Shown here: positions 41,501 through 50,200 of the stretch, one piece after another
Layout of the letters: every line of letters begins with the position of its first letter
Position numbering within the stretch: position 1 is the stretch's first letter
NCBI GenBank assembly: GCA_905195085.1
Contig: CAJJUK010000003.1
Span: 1 to 61,397, forward strand
Source of the DNA: an uncultured Christensenella sp.
GTDB taxonomy: Bacteria; Bacillota; Clostridia; Christensenellales; UBA1242
DNA: 61,397 nt
Reading direction: 5' to 3'
Program-made: the position numbers and the translations under genes
Notes under the pieces: model-generated
What the model was told of the DNA's origin: nothing
Database searches by the model: none
Seen by the model: only the letters and a program-made list of their open reading frames with translations

Positions 41501-44500
41501 ACCATCAATTTGAATGTCACATACAAAGAATCTGCAACTTCAATAAGAACAAATTCAAAATATCACTCAATGCAGACAAACAACACGTTCAAGGACACTG
41601 TGACGGTTGTTTCTACAAACAAGAATGAACTTGTTTTCTATCAAATTTTTGATAAGAATGGAAGTTTGGTTCAAAACAGATTGCCAGAGAATTTAACTCA
41701 ATTTGACACTGCAGAAAATCGTGAAGACGCTTGGCTTGCTTACATGAACACAATCACTCAATCTGATTTGTTCAATTTGAGATTTTCAAGAACAGGTGAG
41801 AATGTCTTTGAATTCAGTTGTCAAATCAATGCAAGTGGAGACAAGTTCTTAAATAGATTTGAAAATGATATTTATGGGGAATACACCGTTCATCTCTATT
41901 GCAGTGAACTTGAAAATGGTGTGACATATTCTTTCAAGATTTTGCTCGACGAAGCTGAAATCAACTATGTAAGTGTTAATAACTATTCAAACTTCAATGA
42001 TATTTCTGTTGCAGATGAAATTGTTGTTCCTTCTCAAAGAGGAATTTTGGAGATTTCACTTGACCCAGTTGAAGCGGTCTTTGATGAATTCTCTATAACA
42101 AACAATGCAGCAAATTATCTTGAGGGAGCGAGTGAAGCAACCTTCACATTTGCTTATGAAAAAATCAATGCTGATGCAAGCAAAGAATATGTTTTGGCAC
42201 AGACATTTGGAAGGTACACAAACGGAACTTTCAGTTTTACATATCAAGAAATGATTGACCTTTTCAATTCTTTGAATGAAAGTTTTGAAGATAATGGTGA
42301 AAATTCATCTGTAAGTTACACAGGCAAAATTTATATTTCATATTACATGCCTTCAAACAATGTTGATGATGGTGTTGATGTTGGATTTGACGTTTCTGTG
42401 ACTTATGGAAATGAAGGTCAATATTCAATGCCTTCAACAATCATGCTTAAAACAAAACTTGGAAGTTATGCAAAATTGACATTTGCAGACAAAGAAGATT
42501 TTGGTGGGGTTTATTATGTTGCTCGTGGACTTTCTTACAATTTGAATTTGGATTATTATGGATTCAGTGAAGACCAAATCTCTATCACTTCAACCAATGA
42601 CTTTATTGCAAATGTTTCCAAAGTCAATGGTCAATATGTTTTGAGTGTTACATCTGAAAGCATCAATTACAACAATGATGTTGGTTATAAAATTGAAATC
42701 AATACAGTTGCAACAAAAACCGTTGACAATGTCACTGTAACAACGACCGACACGCTGACAATTTATGTCATGGAATATGTTTTGAATTATGTCTATGTCG
42801 ATGGAGTCTATGAAGACATTGTCAAGGGAATGGAAAATGGTGTGATTTCAACAGCCATTGGAAACCCTTATACATTGGAATTTGCCATCAGAGAGTTTAT
42901 GGAATATGATGACTCTAATGCTGTTGTAAACAGAGAAGTTGAAGATTTTGTGGCAGACATGACGCAGAATATCAAATGGACTGTTTACCTGAACGGAGAA
43001 GCAACAGAACTTGCTGAAGGCAAGGCAATCAGAACAGATTATTACTCAATAAATTCTTTTGTGGTTACACCGCTGAGAATTTATGAGTCAGAAAGTGACA
43101 TCTATCATTTCTCTGCAAGTGCAAACTACACAATGAGAAATGGTTTGTATGCTTACAGTGCAATTTCGACAAATTCCAATCCAATTTATACAGTGTTCTC
43201 GTTTGATGTTCATCAACAAAGCACAGAAGACAGCCCAATCCCTATTGAAACATATGAAGAATTTTTGGATATGCAAGATGGCGAATGGTACATCTTGTTG
43301 AATGACATAACTTTGCCAGGCAGTGAATATGCTTCAGCAAATGGATTGGAGCAATTCTCTCCAATCACTGCAAACATTGCTGGACTTGACGGAAATGGAT
43401 ATTATCTCCGTATGGCGGGGACATATTCTTATGACACTCTTTCTGATTTTGGTGTGTTCTCATCAATTGCCGAAGACTCTATCTTGCAAAATGTCACAAT
43501 CATGATGACAAGTGATGTTGTGATAAGAATGAATGTAAGCACATTTAATGTTGGACTGCTTGCAGCAACAAACAACGGAATTATCACAAACTGCCATATT
43601 GGAAGTTCAACTGGAAGTGAAAGTTTGTCAGTAGTTTGTGCAACAACAGCTCAAACTTCATATGTTGCAGGACTTGTTGCAAACAATACGGGATACATCA
43701 CAAATTCTCGTTCTAAAATTAACATTTTCTGTAATGTTAACTTGGCAGGCTTTGTTGGACAAAATTCGGGTATTATTGCAAGTTCATATTACTTGGGCGC
43801 CTCACTTAAAAATGAAACAAACACCACAAGTGAATTTACTGCCGGTTTTGCCGTTTCAAACAGTGGTGAAATCCACACATCTTATGTCAGTGGACAGGCG
43901 ACAAGCAACATGATGTTCTATTACGGAGAAGATAATTCAATTCAATCAAGTTACAATATTTCCGGTTTTGTTTATACAAACAGCGGAAGCGTTGAAGATT
44001 GTTATTCCAACATCACGCTTAGACAAAGTGGTGCGTTTGCTTCGGGTTTTGTTTATGAAAACTCTGGAAATGTTGAAAGATGTTTCTCTACAAGCGTTTT
44101 GGAAAGTGAACAGACTTCAAACTATGGCTTTGCAAGATATAATGATGACGAAAGTGGAATTATCAAAGATTGTTATTATCTATCTCAAGAAAATGTGAGA
44201 ATAAATAATGAATTAACAGTTGACATCAATGTAAGCATTGGAGAGATTACTCTGAATGAAAACACTGATATCACACCTTTGACCATTGCCGAGTTTGGAG
44301 AGGGCGGACTTGAAAAATTCTTCTCATCATATGTTGTTGCTGAGGGCAGGGAAATCAGTTCTGTTTGGTTCTTTAATGATGATGCTGGCAATTTGGCAAA
44401 CTTCAATGGTTCTGTCTTTAACATTGGAAGATTGGAGTTGGTTGCTCCAAACATTGTGGCTTTCTCTCAAAGAGAACTTGAAAGAATTGAAACTATTGTT

Positions 44501-46258
44501 GATGATGTGACTGGGGCAACTTCTGCAAAATATATATACACATACACATCAAACAGCAATCCTCTTGGAAGTGTTTATAATCCGATCTTGATAAGCAGTG
44601 CAGAAAATATGGAAAATTACATCTTGCAAGAGAATAATGCTGCAAATTACAACTATTCTTATTATAGAATTATTTCTAACATCGACTATTCAGAATATCT
44701 TTATAATAGCAAACTTTACAAAACAAAGTTTATGGGGTATTTGGAAGGAAACTTCATGACAATTTCTGGAATGTCTTTGGTTTCTAGTGAGGCAATGACC
44801 TCCGCAGGTATGTTTGCAGAACTTGGAAGTTCAACAATTCTTGACGCGGTTGGAACAATTATGAACTTCAACATCAATCCACAAGCTGTTTCATTCTCTA
44901 ACACTGATGTTGTTGGTGCAGTGGTTGGTAAGGTTGATAGCGGAAACATCTACAATGTCAACTTGACTCGCTCAACTTCAGAGCAAATTGTCGTTGTTGG
45001 CAAGAACATTGTTGGTGGTGCAGTCGGTCTTGCAATTGGACGCTACAACATTCAGAATCTTTATTCACAATATAGTGCAAAAGCAAGATATCAATCATCT
45101 TCAAATGATTTCAATTCAGGTTTGTTGGAATATTCGTCTTATTCATTTGCAGGTTCTTTGATTGGTGTTGCAAGCGGAACAGGTTCGATCTATGATTGTG
45201 AAACAGATGCTGTGGTTTCTGTTTTGGGTGACAAGGCAGGGCTTGTGTTTGGTCTTATCGATGAAAATGTGAACGTTTCAAAAATTCTTGTTGAAATGCA
45301 AAGTGGAATGCTTGTCAATGCCTATTCTTATGGTGGATTGGTTGTTGGCGAGTCAAAGGGAACTGTTGATGATGTGAAGGTTGTTGGAATGCTTGAATCA
45401 TTTACAAACTTTATGAAAACACCTAATATGCCTACTGCTTTGGGTGGTTATGCTGGGCTTGTCAGTGGTGGAAACATTTCAAACATTGAGATGTCACAAT
45501 CAATCACCATAAGCAATGAAAGTGCAAGCACAGGAGTTGAATATCTCGGTGGAATTGTAGGTCTTGTTACAGGGGCTTCTGAATTTGATAATGTGACAGT
45601 GAATGCAAATCTTACTGGTTTCACTTATGTGGGTGGTGTTGTTGGTTATATTAACGCTCCTTCAAACACAATCTATTTCACAGATGTCAACGTCAATGCA
45701 AATATGTATGTTTACGGACATAGGTTAACTGAAGTTGGTATGGGTGGACTTGTTGGAAATGTTGGTTCAAACTCAATCATAAATCTTTCTTCAAGTTTGG
45801 ATGAAAGTGCAAGTGTGGGAGAAGAAGAAAAATATAAAACAAACAACTTTATCATTTCTGCAAATTCGATAGTTTATCTTTATGGTACAGGTATTGATGT
45901 ATTTGTTGGTGGTATTGTTGGTGCGAACAAGAGTTCAATTTCTCACTCTGTATCAAATTGTTACATATCTTTAACTGGCGAAAATAAAGCACTTGATATG
46001 TCTCAATCTTTGGCAAATTTAAAATTAACGGCGAAAGTCTTGCCAGATGAGAATGAGATTCCAAGGTTAACCATTGGAACAAAAGAGAATGGAATTGGAG
46101 AAACTTTGCAAACAATTTATGCAACTTCACTTAGTTCAAATAATGTCAAATATTATTGTGATATTAGTTTTGAGACTACGGACCCAACTTTAAAAGCGGG
46201 CTCTTATTTGAGACTTAATTTGTATGGTGATCCTACACTCACTTCAAGTTCAATATAA
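35597..46258 (+). CDS. giant surface lipoprotein (3,553 aa) with GLUG-like beta-helix repeat modules; paralog of 35-20119
   Basis: Uninterrupted 10.7-kb ORF. AAAGGAAG SD. MTKVFKNILISICGMFAFLFAGFFFVGCS is a signal peptide plus lipobox. Modules with GG(I/V)(A/V)G turns start near nt 38930, 43232 and 44579. Only 50 nt separate it from the VirB4-like gene, with no terminator between them. Confidence 0.85.
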   Translation: MTKVFKNILISICGMFAFLFAGFFFVGCSVDYSKISLVSDKQSIELEVGESVDLTFTIENYQSGFSNKIQVNPRADGQTAVFSVSDPVYISNNEIKVTVTGVAGGHGELSVSTLEAGKECVVDVYVEQWSSSMEFDNSVLYVSNKTDFVPSSDLFIFDSNTTHKELTYYYLQPRSDINFNTYTLTDLDLEEGLASFFDGVNYAEATIQQFDKVSLVKNETNSLILSLNGVESEIDLQSEFLFMAVYDHSVGNEDYENIVYDVASVYVLPDINATITGGYMDINTGAVDFQPLESDEIVIVPNNTHMVQYVLKIEMDNSIADSPLKMAKTQSNNYVDIDFFDFEAEDDEDKTVYYLKISQNSQTQATTNLSFDIFYDIAQGIDDESVNIRKDYTVDIQIAPTGLTVNGTSEPDRLILYNYYRYPEFGWNELLIDVISGYSSSPNYEGVYFTYDSTYLDIIYNNMTVNSGDGRLYTDLDTPFYIRGKLGINQISNLVVTVHLKSNILQEGDELTIDINCSIIAGATSVLVDENYSSNYFYLDYNGGSKNFDLQVYADHAFQYTTYTFLSGVDVLEIDTNDENPYTEVGDKFYLNLSLTPRLTGIGVYRVYLDNGMPIDLTFNVIRTLSSDTTNIQLTNEGNEAVTEAYYSVEDNADFDNALNIEILNPSTKTGVTFGNVAQFTITANVNSDGIKYVPNESGFVSVSKVNNTYRISTLDNGMTKITFTLTGLEVEDFRTKSKEIKLYVNVSSYSLVDEFYMKNGDNFALNNVVYYVTGNVSGSLQEEDETATLTPVANYANSMNFYQYFFDEKAFVDIFDDAVESNGDYIYTINNDQIYTEMVYEKYNRKFIYFYAQVVYSSDGNNTYTTASTVTEAKVTKTYVLDGQTKSETKTIMLVLTNGLMFLSSDFEYVDRNEIGDVVATYTVEFSNIYSIDTYGTFDMDSFTYRNNMQAVYNLSLSANLRQRNSTKKYDCQIETRLYQSVESISLATSLTELNFSNNTLNYSIGVYTYPTTSTNKNVRVEFVRTNGNPYVNMVTWNIDTSESASGVYTVNLSCEDFFNENKDNIVNIEDYLTGRIYIYPAEWGDSYTSIAANLQPIVIDVQYRNGSRANPYLLETAEDVVGINANETTLKSHYEISTVIDMSTVRNFTPIGILNVDGQNVLYGFSGSIIGSNSQAAITNIVVSENNFSATVRKETISGSVDILYTGLIAQLNAPYRVDADDPNSDLVTPTIENVSFSGEFDLNVSSRAYVGLLSAVNKGEMINVGVRIGESSINMVQSQRVLYFGAVAGVNYGSIIQDFTKYDGTGYNYKVYSDKVIYTDENGNNYIIDDADNKIFVDKDKYAIDENGNRIKYDDEGNVLLSSRDYTGQNSKNLAYYEGFVNIATASTNVYAGGIAGASSGVIKKISSSSLKLYGYAAYSAYTMISVTGTKNYNDYDKVYVGGAVGVATYNTGTTSLNEILLDTDMPMTGNTISNLLVGGEIDTSETVNYIDAVGGIVGYADTLKVATIDVLNNTSRVFLRANEYVGGIAGYDTYAVDYSVYTNFGTGNVIEAVDDGRNNFYASSIIKFKRLDNLPDDTELSKTTFYAVGNSTRNSRSYATYSFKAYSYLKRDFTEVESTDVVVDNSVSVANYYGDYIILNVASDGIHITQSYRFEFKEVDLALDESEYAMTPSGGATADVGVYFMYYFSVQGKLNEEGNASAQDEIEDLNFINPNSNFYPFSLGSQDVNITSSNSNILSVDVNGNLTVKGTGLATITLTSILNVVQSRVIYIYIVNYFDKDVSSSIFYTSGNINGVNITDGSNLNIYGNSNTNVHVVPTYNLNDGVTYNGDKFTITTGGVLTYKNVSYNLSKNTQIEVPSAQKTEYVKTSDTAIVDGKEYFTYDAETNSYVLVTNPDVSDIDSYYEQPYFSSVQINKQTIVFFKDKSKTANEGDVDTYSLTPMLKVVIQIGTEKYEFYYALDKSTINLNVTYKESATSIRTNSKYHSMQTNNTFKDTVTVVSTNKNELVFYQIFDKNGSLVQNRLPENLTQFDTAENREDAWLAYMNTITQSDLFNLRFSRTGENVFEFSCQINASGDKFLNRFENDIYGEYTVHLYCSELENGVTYSFKILLDEAEINYVSVNNYSNFNDISVADEIVVPSQRGILEISLDPVEAVFDEFSITNNAANYLEGASEATFTFAYEKINADASKEYVLAQTFGRYTNGTFSFTYQEMIDLFNSLNESFEDNGENSSVSYTGKIYISYYMPSNNVDDGVDVGFDVSVTYGNEGQYSMPSTIMLKTKLGSYAKLTFADKEDFGGVYYVARGLSYNLNLDYYGFSEDQISITSTNDFIANVSKVNGQYVLSVTSESINYNNDVGYKIEINTVATKTVDNVTVTTTDTLTIYVMEYVLNYVYVDGVYEDIVKGMENGVISTAIGNPYTLEFAIREFMEYDDSNAVVNREVEDFVADMTQNIKWTVYLNGEATELAEGKAIRTDYYSINSFVVTPLRIYESESDIYHFSASANYTMRNGLYAYSAISTNSNPIYTVFSFDVHQQSTEDSPIPIETYEEFLDMQDGEWYILLNDITLPGSEYASANGLEQFSPITANIAGLDGNGYYLRMAGTYSYDTLSDFGVFSSIAEDSILQNVTIMMTSDVVIRMNVSTFNVGLLAATNNGIITNCHIGSSTGSESLSVVCATTAQTSYVAGLVANNTGYITNSRSKINIFCNVNLAGFVGQNSGIIASSYYLGASLKNETNTTSEFTAGFAVSNSGEIHTSYVSGQATSNMMFYYGEDNSIQSSYNISGFVYTNSGSVEDCYSNITLRQSGAFASGFVYENSGNVERCFSTSVLESEQTSNYGFARYNDDESGIIKDCYYLSQENVRINNELTVDINVSIGEITLNENTDITPLTIAEFGEGGLEKFFSSYVVAEGREISSVWFFNDDAGNLANFNGSVFNIGRLELVAPNIVAFSQRELERIETIVDDVTGATSAKYIYTYTSNSNPLGSVYNPILISSAENMENYILQENNAANYNYSYYRIISNIDYSEYLYNSKLYKTKFMGYLEGNFMTISGMSLVSSEAMTSAGMFAELGSSTILDAVGTIMNFNINPQAVSFSNTDVVGAVVGKVDSGNIYNVNLTRSTSEQIVVVGKNIVGGAVGLAIGRYNIQNLYSQYSAKARYQSSSNDFNSGLLEYSSYSFAGSLIGVASGTGSIYDCETDAVVSVLGDKAGLVFGLIDENVNVSKILVEMQSGMLVNAYSYGGLVVGESKGTVDDVKVVGMLESFTNFMKTPNMPTALGGYAGLVSGGNISNIEMSQSITISNESASTGVEYLGGIVGLVTGASEFDNVTVNANLTGFTYVGGVVGYINAPSNTIYFTDVNVNANMYVYGHRLTEVGMGGLVGNVGSNSIINLSSSLDESASVGEEEKYKTNNFIISANSIVYLYGTGIDVFVGGIVGANKSSISHSVSNCYISLTGENKALDMSQSLANLKLTAKVLPDENEIPRLTIGTKENGIGETLQTIYATSLSSNNVKYYCDISFETTDPTLKAGSYLRLNLYGDPTLTSSSI

Positions 46259-46260
46259 AA

Positions 46261-46286
46261 GAGGAGGCGGTTTTGCTTCCTTTTTT
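46261..46286 (+). terminator. intrinsic terminator after the 3,553-aa gene
   Basis: GGAGGC-GGTTTT-GCTTCC hairpin (one G-U pair) followed by TTTTTT. Confidence 0.55.
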
Positions 46287-46305
46287 ATTCAATCAAACTC
46301 GTGCA

Positions 46306-46334
46306 TTGACAAAATAAGTTCTTTTATGTATAAT
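46306..46334 (+). promoter_or_regulatory. consensus sigma-70-type promoter for the ankyrin gene
   Basis: TTGACA, a 17-nt spacer, then TATAAT. Confidence 0.65.
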
Positions 46335-46364
46335 TGTTAAGAAGATTAGTTGGAGGTAATTATA

Positions 46365-47015
46365 ATGGTTAAAGATGAACTTAATTTAAAACTGTTTAGG
46401 GCTATACAAGACAGAGATTTGGAAGCGGCACAAGAAGCCATTGATTTGGGAGCAAATGTTAATAGTTCTGCTGTTGCAAATGGTTTTTTGATTGGTCCAA
46501 ATGCAGAGGGTATGACATTCATGAGAGAAGAAGATGCATTGGAAAATGGTGGCTTTGTTGAGCATTATAAGATTAAAAGACCATTTTTGATCCAAGCAAT
46601 AGAACAACAAGATTTGAGAATGATTAATCTGTTGTTGGCAAATGGTGCAAATACTGATTGTGAAGAAGTCAAAACTTATGTTGATGGTCCAAGAATGGGG
46701 CAAGAAGAAAAAATGACATTGAAATCTGCATTGGAAAGCAAAGGTTTGGCGATCAAAAAATCTTTAATAAGTGGCGAACAACATGTTACACTTTCTAAAC
46801 AATTTGTTAAATCTGCAAAGGTGGTTCTTAAGAATAGGAAAATGGAAGGAAATGTTCAATCTGATGAAATATCAAAAAGTTCTCCTTCAGCGGTCGAATT
46901 GTTGCTTGAACCTTTCACTGAAAGCAAAAATCCAATTAGGGATCTTAAGAAATCAATAAAAAGACAGGCAAAAATAGATGATCAAAAACGCGAAATTCGA
47001 CAAAGAGATTTATAA
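46365..47015 (+). CDS. ankyrin-repeat protein with basic C-terminal tail
   Basis: GGAGG SD at 46352-46356, then ATG 46365 (the ORF opens at TTG 46350). ANK-like units LFRAIQDRDLEAAQEAIDLGANVN and LIQAIEQQDLRMINLLLANGANTD. No signal peptide. Lys/Arg-rich C-terminus. Confidence 0.7.
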   Translation: MVKDELNLKLFRAIQDRDLEAAQEAIDLGANVNSSAVANGFLIGPNAEGMTFMREEDALENGGFVEHYKIKRPFLIQAIEQQDLRMINLLLANGANTDCEEVKTYVDGPRMGQEEKMTLKSALESKGLAIKKSLISGEQHVTLSKQFVKSAKVVLKNRKMEGNVQSDEISKSSPSAVELLLEPFTESKNPIRDLKKSIKRQAKIDDQKREIRQRDL

Positions 47016-47117
47016 TTTTTATACAAAATAAATTTTTTGTTGAATTCGTTTGATTAATTTTAATTTTTTATGGTATAATTCTCGTAGAAAATTATTTAAA
47101 AAAGTTTTGAAAAACTA

Positions 47118-47146
47118 TTGACTTTCTGATGCCAAATTGTTATAAT
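47118..47146 (+). promoter_or_regulatory. consensus sigma-70-type promoter for rpoBC
   Basis: TTGACT, a 17-nt spacer, then TATAAT. Gives a ~110-nt leader. Confidence 0.6.
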
Positions 47147-47202
47147 TAATTGGTTAGTTGGCGCAATGTTGAAAAATTTTTACCATTTTTAACTTAAAAA
47201 TT

Positions 47203-47245
47203 AGGGAATAAGGAGGTTTCTATGCCCCCATATTCCTTTTTTTAA
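47203..47245 (+). promoter_or_regulatory. rpoB leader hairpin + T-run enclosing a 7-codon mini-ORF (MPPYSFF)
   Basis: GGGAATA (47204-47210) pairs with TATTCC(T) (47231-47237). Inside the hairpin, SD GGAGG (47212-47216) can pair with CCCCC (47225-29). T7 run at 47237-47243. AAGGAGG lies 5 nt before ATG 47222; stop TAA at 47243-45. Confidence 0.4.
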
Positions 47246-47264
47246 ATTTTTTGAGGAGTGTATT

Positions 47265-50200
47265 ATGTCTGATATCATGAAAAAACAAAAATTCGGTAAA
47301 ACGGAAAGATATACCTTTGCTCAACTCAAAGACTATATCGATATTCCACCTCTTCTTGAAATCCAAAGAAACTCATATAAAGATTTCATTGAAAACGGCA
47401 TCAAGGAAGTTCTTGATGAATTTTCTCCTGTCGTTGATTATTCTGGAAAAGCAAAACTCTATTTCCTTGATGTTGTGATGGACAAAGAGCCAAAATATTC
47501 AAAGAAAGAGTGCAAGAGAAGAAGTGCAACTTATTCTATTCCACTCAATGTCAAGACTCGTTTTGTTGTTGAAGAGACTGGTCAGGCAGTTGAAGATGTT
47601 GTTTTCTTGGGTGATATTCCTTATATGACCGAAGATTGTTCTTTCATCTTCAATGGCGTTGAAAGAGTTGTTGTTAATCAAATTATCAAATCTCCAAACT
47701 ACTATCTTTTGAGAGATAAGACAAGAGACAACACCACTCTCCACGGACAGATTATTCCTAAGCGTGGTATGTACATTGAATTTGAACAGGGGGCAAATGA
47801 AGTTCTCAAAGTTGTTCTTGACAGAAAACACAAAATCACACTTGGACTTTTTCTTAAGTGCTTTGGATACACCGCTGATGAAATTTCAAAATTGTTTGGT
47901 GGCCACAGACTTATCAAAAATGTTCTTGAAAAAGAAACACAAAACACTCAAGAAGAAGCCCTTTTGGAATTTGCTAGAAAGACAAGACCTGCTGATGTTC
48001 CATCTGCTGAAACAACAAGAAGTTATTTGAACCTTTGGTTCTTCTCAGAACAATGGTACAACCTTTCAAGAGTTGGAAGATATAACCTTAACAAGAAATT
48101 CTCTATTGAAAGAAGAGTTTTGGGACATATCTTGGCAGAAGATGTCATCTCTCCAGATGGCGAAATCATTGCTAAGGCTGGACAAGAAGCAACTCCAGAA
48201 ATTGCTCACAAAATCAAAGCTAGTGGCGTGAATGAAGTTTGGATTCAACTTCCAGACAAAAAATATTTGATGAGAGGAAACAACAGAGTTAAACTTTCTG
48301 ATGTTTTCCCTTGTGATGAAAAATCTCTCGGAATTTTGGAAGAAGTTTACTATCCAGTTCTTGCTGAAATTTTGAAAGAAAACAAAACAAAAGAAAAAAG
48401 AATGCAAGCAATCAAAGAACATGCTAAGGATTTGATGATCACAACTCTCACCATGGACGACATCTTGGCAGCAATAAGCATGTATCTCGATGTTTTGGAA
48501 GATATTGCAAAGACAGACAAGATTGAACACTTGTCAAATAAGAGAATTGCAACAGTTGGTGAACTTTTCTATGACCACTTCCGTAGTGGTGTGACAAAAC
48601 TTGTTGCAAACATCAGAGAAACTTTGCAAGGAAAGGAACTTTCTGAAGTTACTCCAAGACAAATTGTCAACCCTAAAGCAATCAACAGAGCGCTTAGAGA
48701 TTTCGTTGCATCTTCTCAGCTTTCTCAACTTATGGATCAAGTTAACCCACTTTCTGGAATCACACAAAAACGTCGTGTTTCCGCTGTTGGTCCTGGAGGT
48801 ATCAAGAAGGAAAGAGCTGATGCTGAAGTTCGTGATATTCACTACACAAACTATGGTAGAATTTGTCCTATTGAAACTCCTGAAGGTCAGGCCATCGGTC
48901 TTGTTAACACTTTGACAAGTTATGCAAAGGTTAACGAATATGGTTTCCTTGAAACTCCATATAGAAGAGTTGACAAAGAAACAGGAAAGGTTTCTGACAA
49001 ATGTGAATACTTCATGGCTGACATTGAAGACACTGCTTACATCGCACAAGCAACCGAACCACTTGATGAAGAAGGAAGATTCATCAACAAGAGAGTTGTT
49101 TGCCGTCACAAAGATTACGCAATCGAAGTGCCTGCAAGACAAGTTGATTTTGTTGATGCTTCTCCAAGACAATTCATTTCTGTTGCTACATCACTTATTC
49201 CTTTCGTTAACTCAAACGAAGCGAACAGAGCGTTGATGGGTGCAAACATGCAACGTCAGGCAGTGCCTCTTCTTAGACCAGAAGCTCCAATCGTTGGAAC
49301 TGGTATGGAAGCAATTGTTGCTCATGATTGTGGATATACTCAACTTGCAAGAGAAGACGGTGAAGTTGTTTATGTCAGTGCTGACGAAGTTCGTGTTAAG
49401 AATGTTAAAGGCGACATCGACATCTACAACTTGATTAAATTTGACAAAACTAATGACGAAACCTGCTTCAACCAAAAACCTTGCGTCGTTAAAGGTGAAA
49501 AAGTTAAGAAAGGTGAAGTTATTATTGATGGATATTCAACTGATAACGGAGAACTTGCTCTTGGTAAGAACGTTCTTGTTGGATACATGAACTGGGAAGG
49601 TTACAACTACGAAGACGCTATCCTTATCAATGAAAGATTGGTTAAAGAAGATGTCTTTACTTCAATCTGTTTGAAAGTTGAAGAATTGAAATGTAGAACA
49701 ACAAAACTTGGTGATGAACAAATCACAAGAGATATTCCAAATCTTGGTGAAGATGCTCTCAAGAACCTTGACGAAAATGGTATCATCAGAATTGGTGCTG
49801 AGGTTAGAGCGGGAGATATCTTGGTTGGAAAAGTTACTCCTAAGGGTGAAACTGAACTCTCTCCTGAAGAAAGATTGCTTCGTGCTATCTTTGGTGAAAA
49901 GGCTAGAGAAGTTAGAGACACATCACTTCGTGTTCAACATGGTAAGGGCGGTGTTGTCGTTGATGTTCAAGTGTTCAGCAGAAAGAACAAAGACGAACTT
50001 GAACCAGGAGTTAATGAACTTGTTAAAGTCTTTATCGCTCAGAAGAGAAAACTCTCTGTCGGCGACAAGATGAGTGGACGTTACGGAAACAAAGGTTGTA
50101 TCTCAATCGTTATGCCAGAAGCTGATATGCCATTCATGGCTAATGGTCGTCCTCTTGACATCGTTCTCAACCCACTTGGCGTTCCTTCTCGTATGAACTT

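Noticed and set aside
35-46258. Giant ORFs as assembly artefacts of collapsed or expanded tandem repeats
   Set aside because: The modules are divergent at nucleotide and protein level, and I see no long exact DNA repeats. The frames are uninterrupted, and each gene has a proper SD, signal peptide and terminator or coupled downstream gene.
35-46258. Zinc-metalloprotease (HEXXH) or other catalytic motif in the GLUG proteins, as in IgA-protease-type relatives
   Set aside because: I scanned both translations by eye and found no HEXXH motif or other convincing catalytic signature, so I make no enzymatic call.
48066-49172. Two minus-strand ORFs (154 and 212 aa) inside rpoB, and similar ones in rpoC, uvrA and the giant genes
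   Set aside because: All are antisense or out-of-frame overlaps of strongly supported genes. They are typical long shadow frames of low-GC DNA with rare stop codons on the opposite strand.
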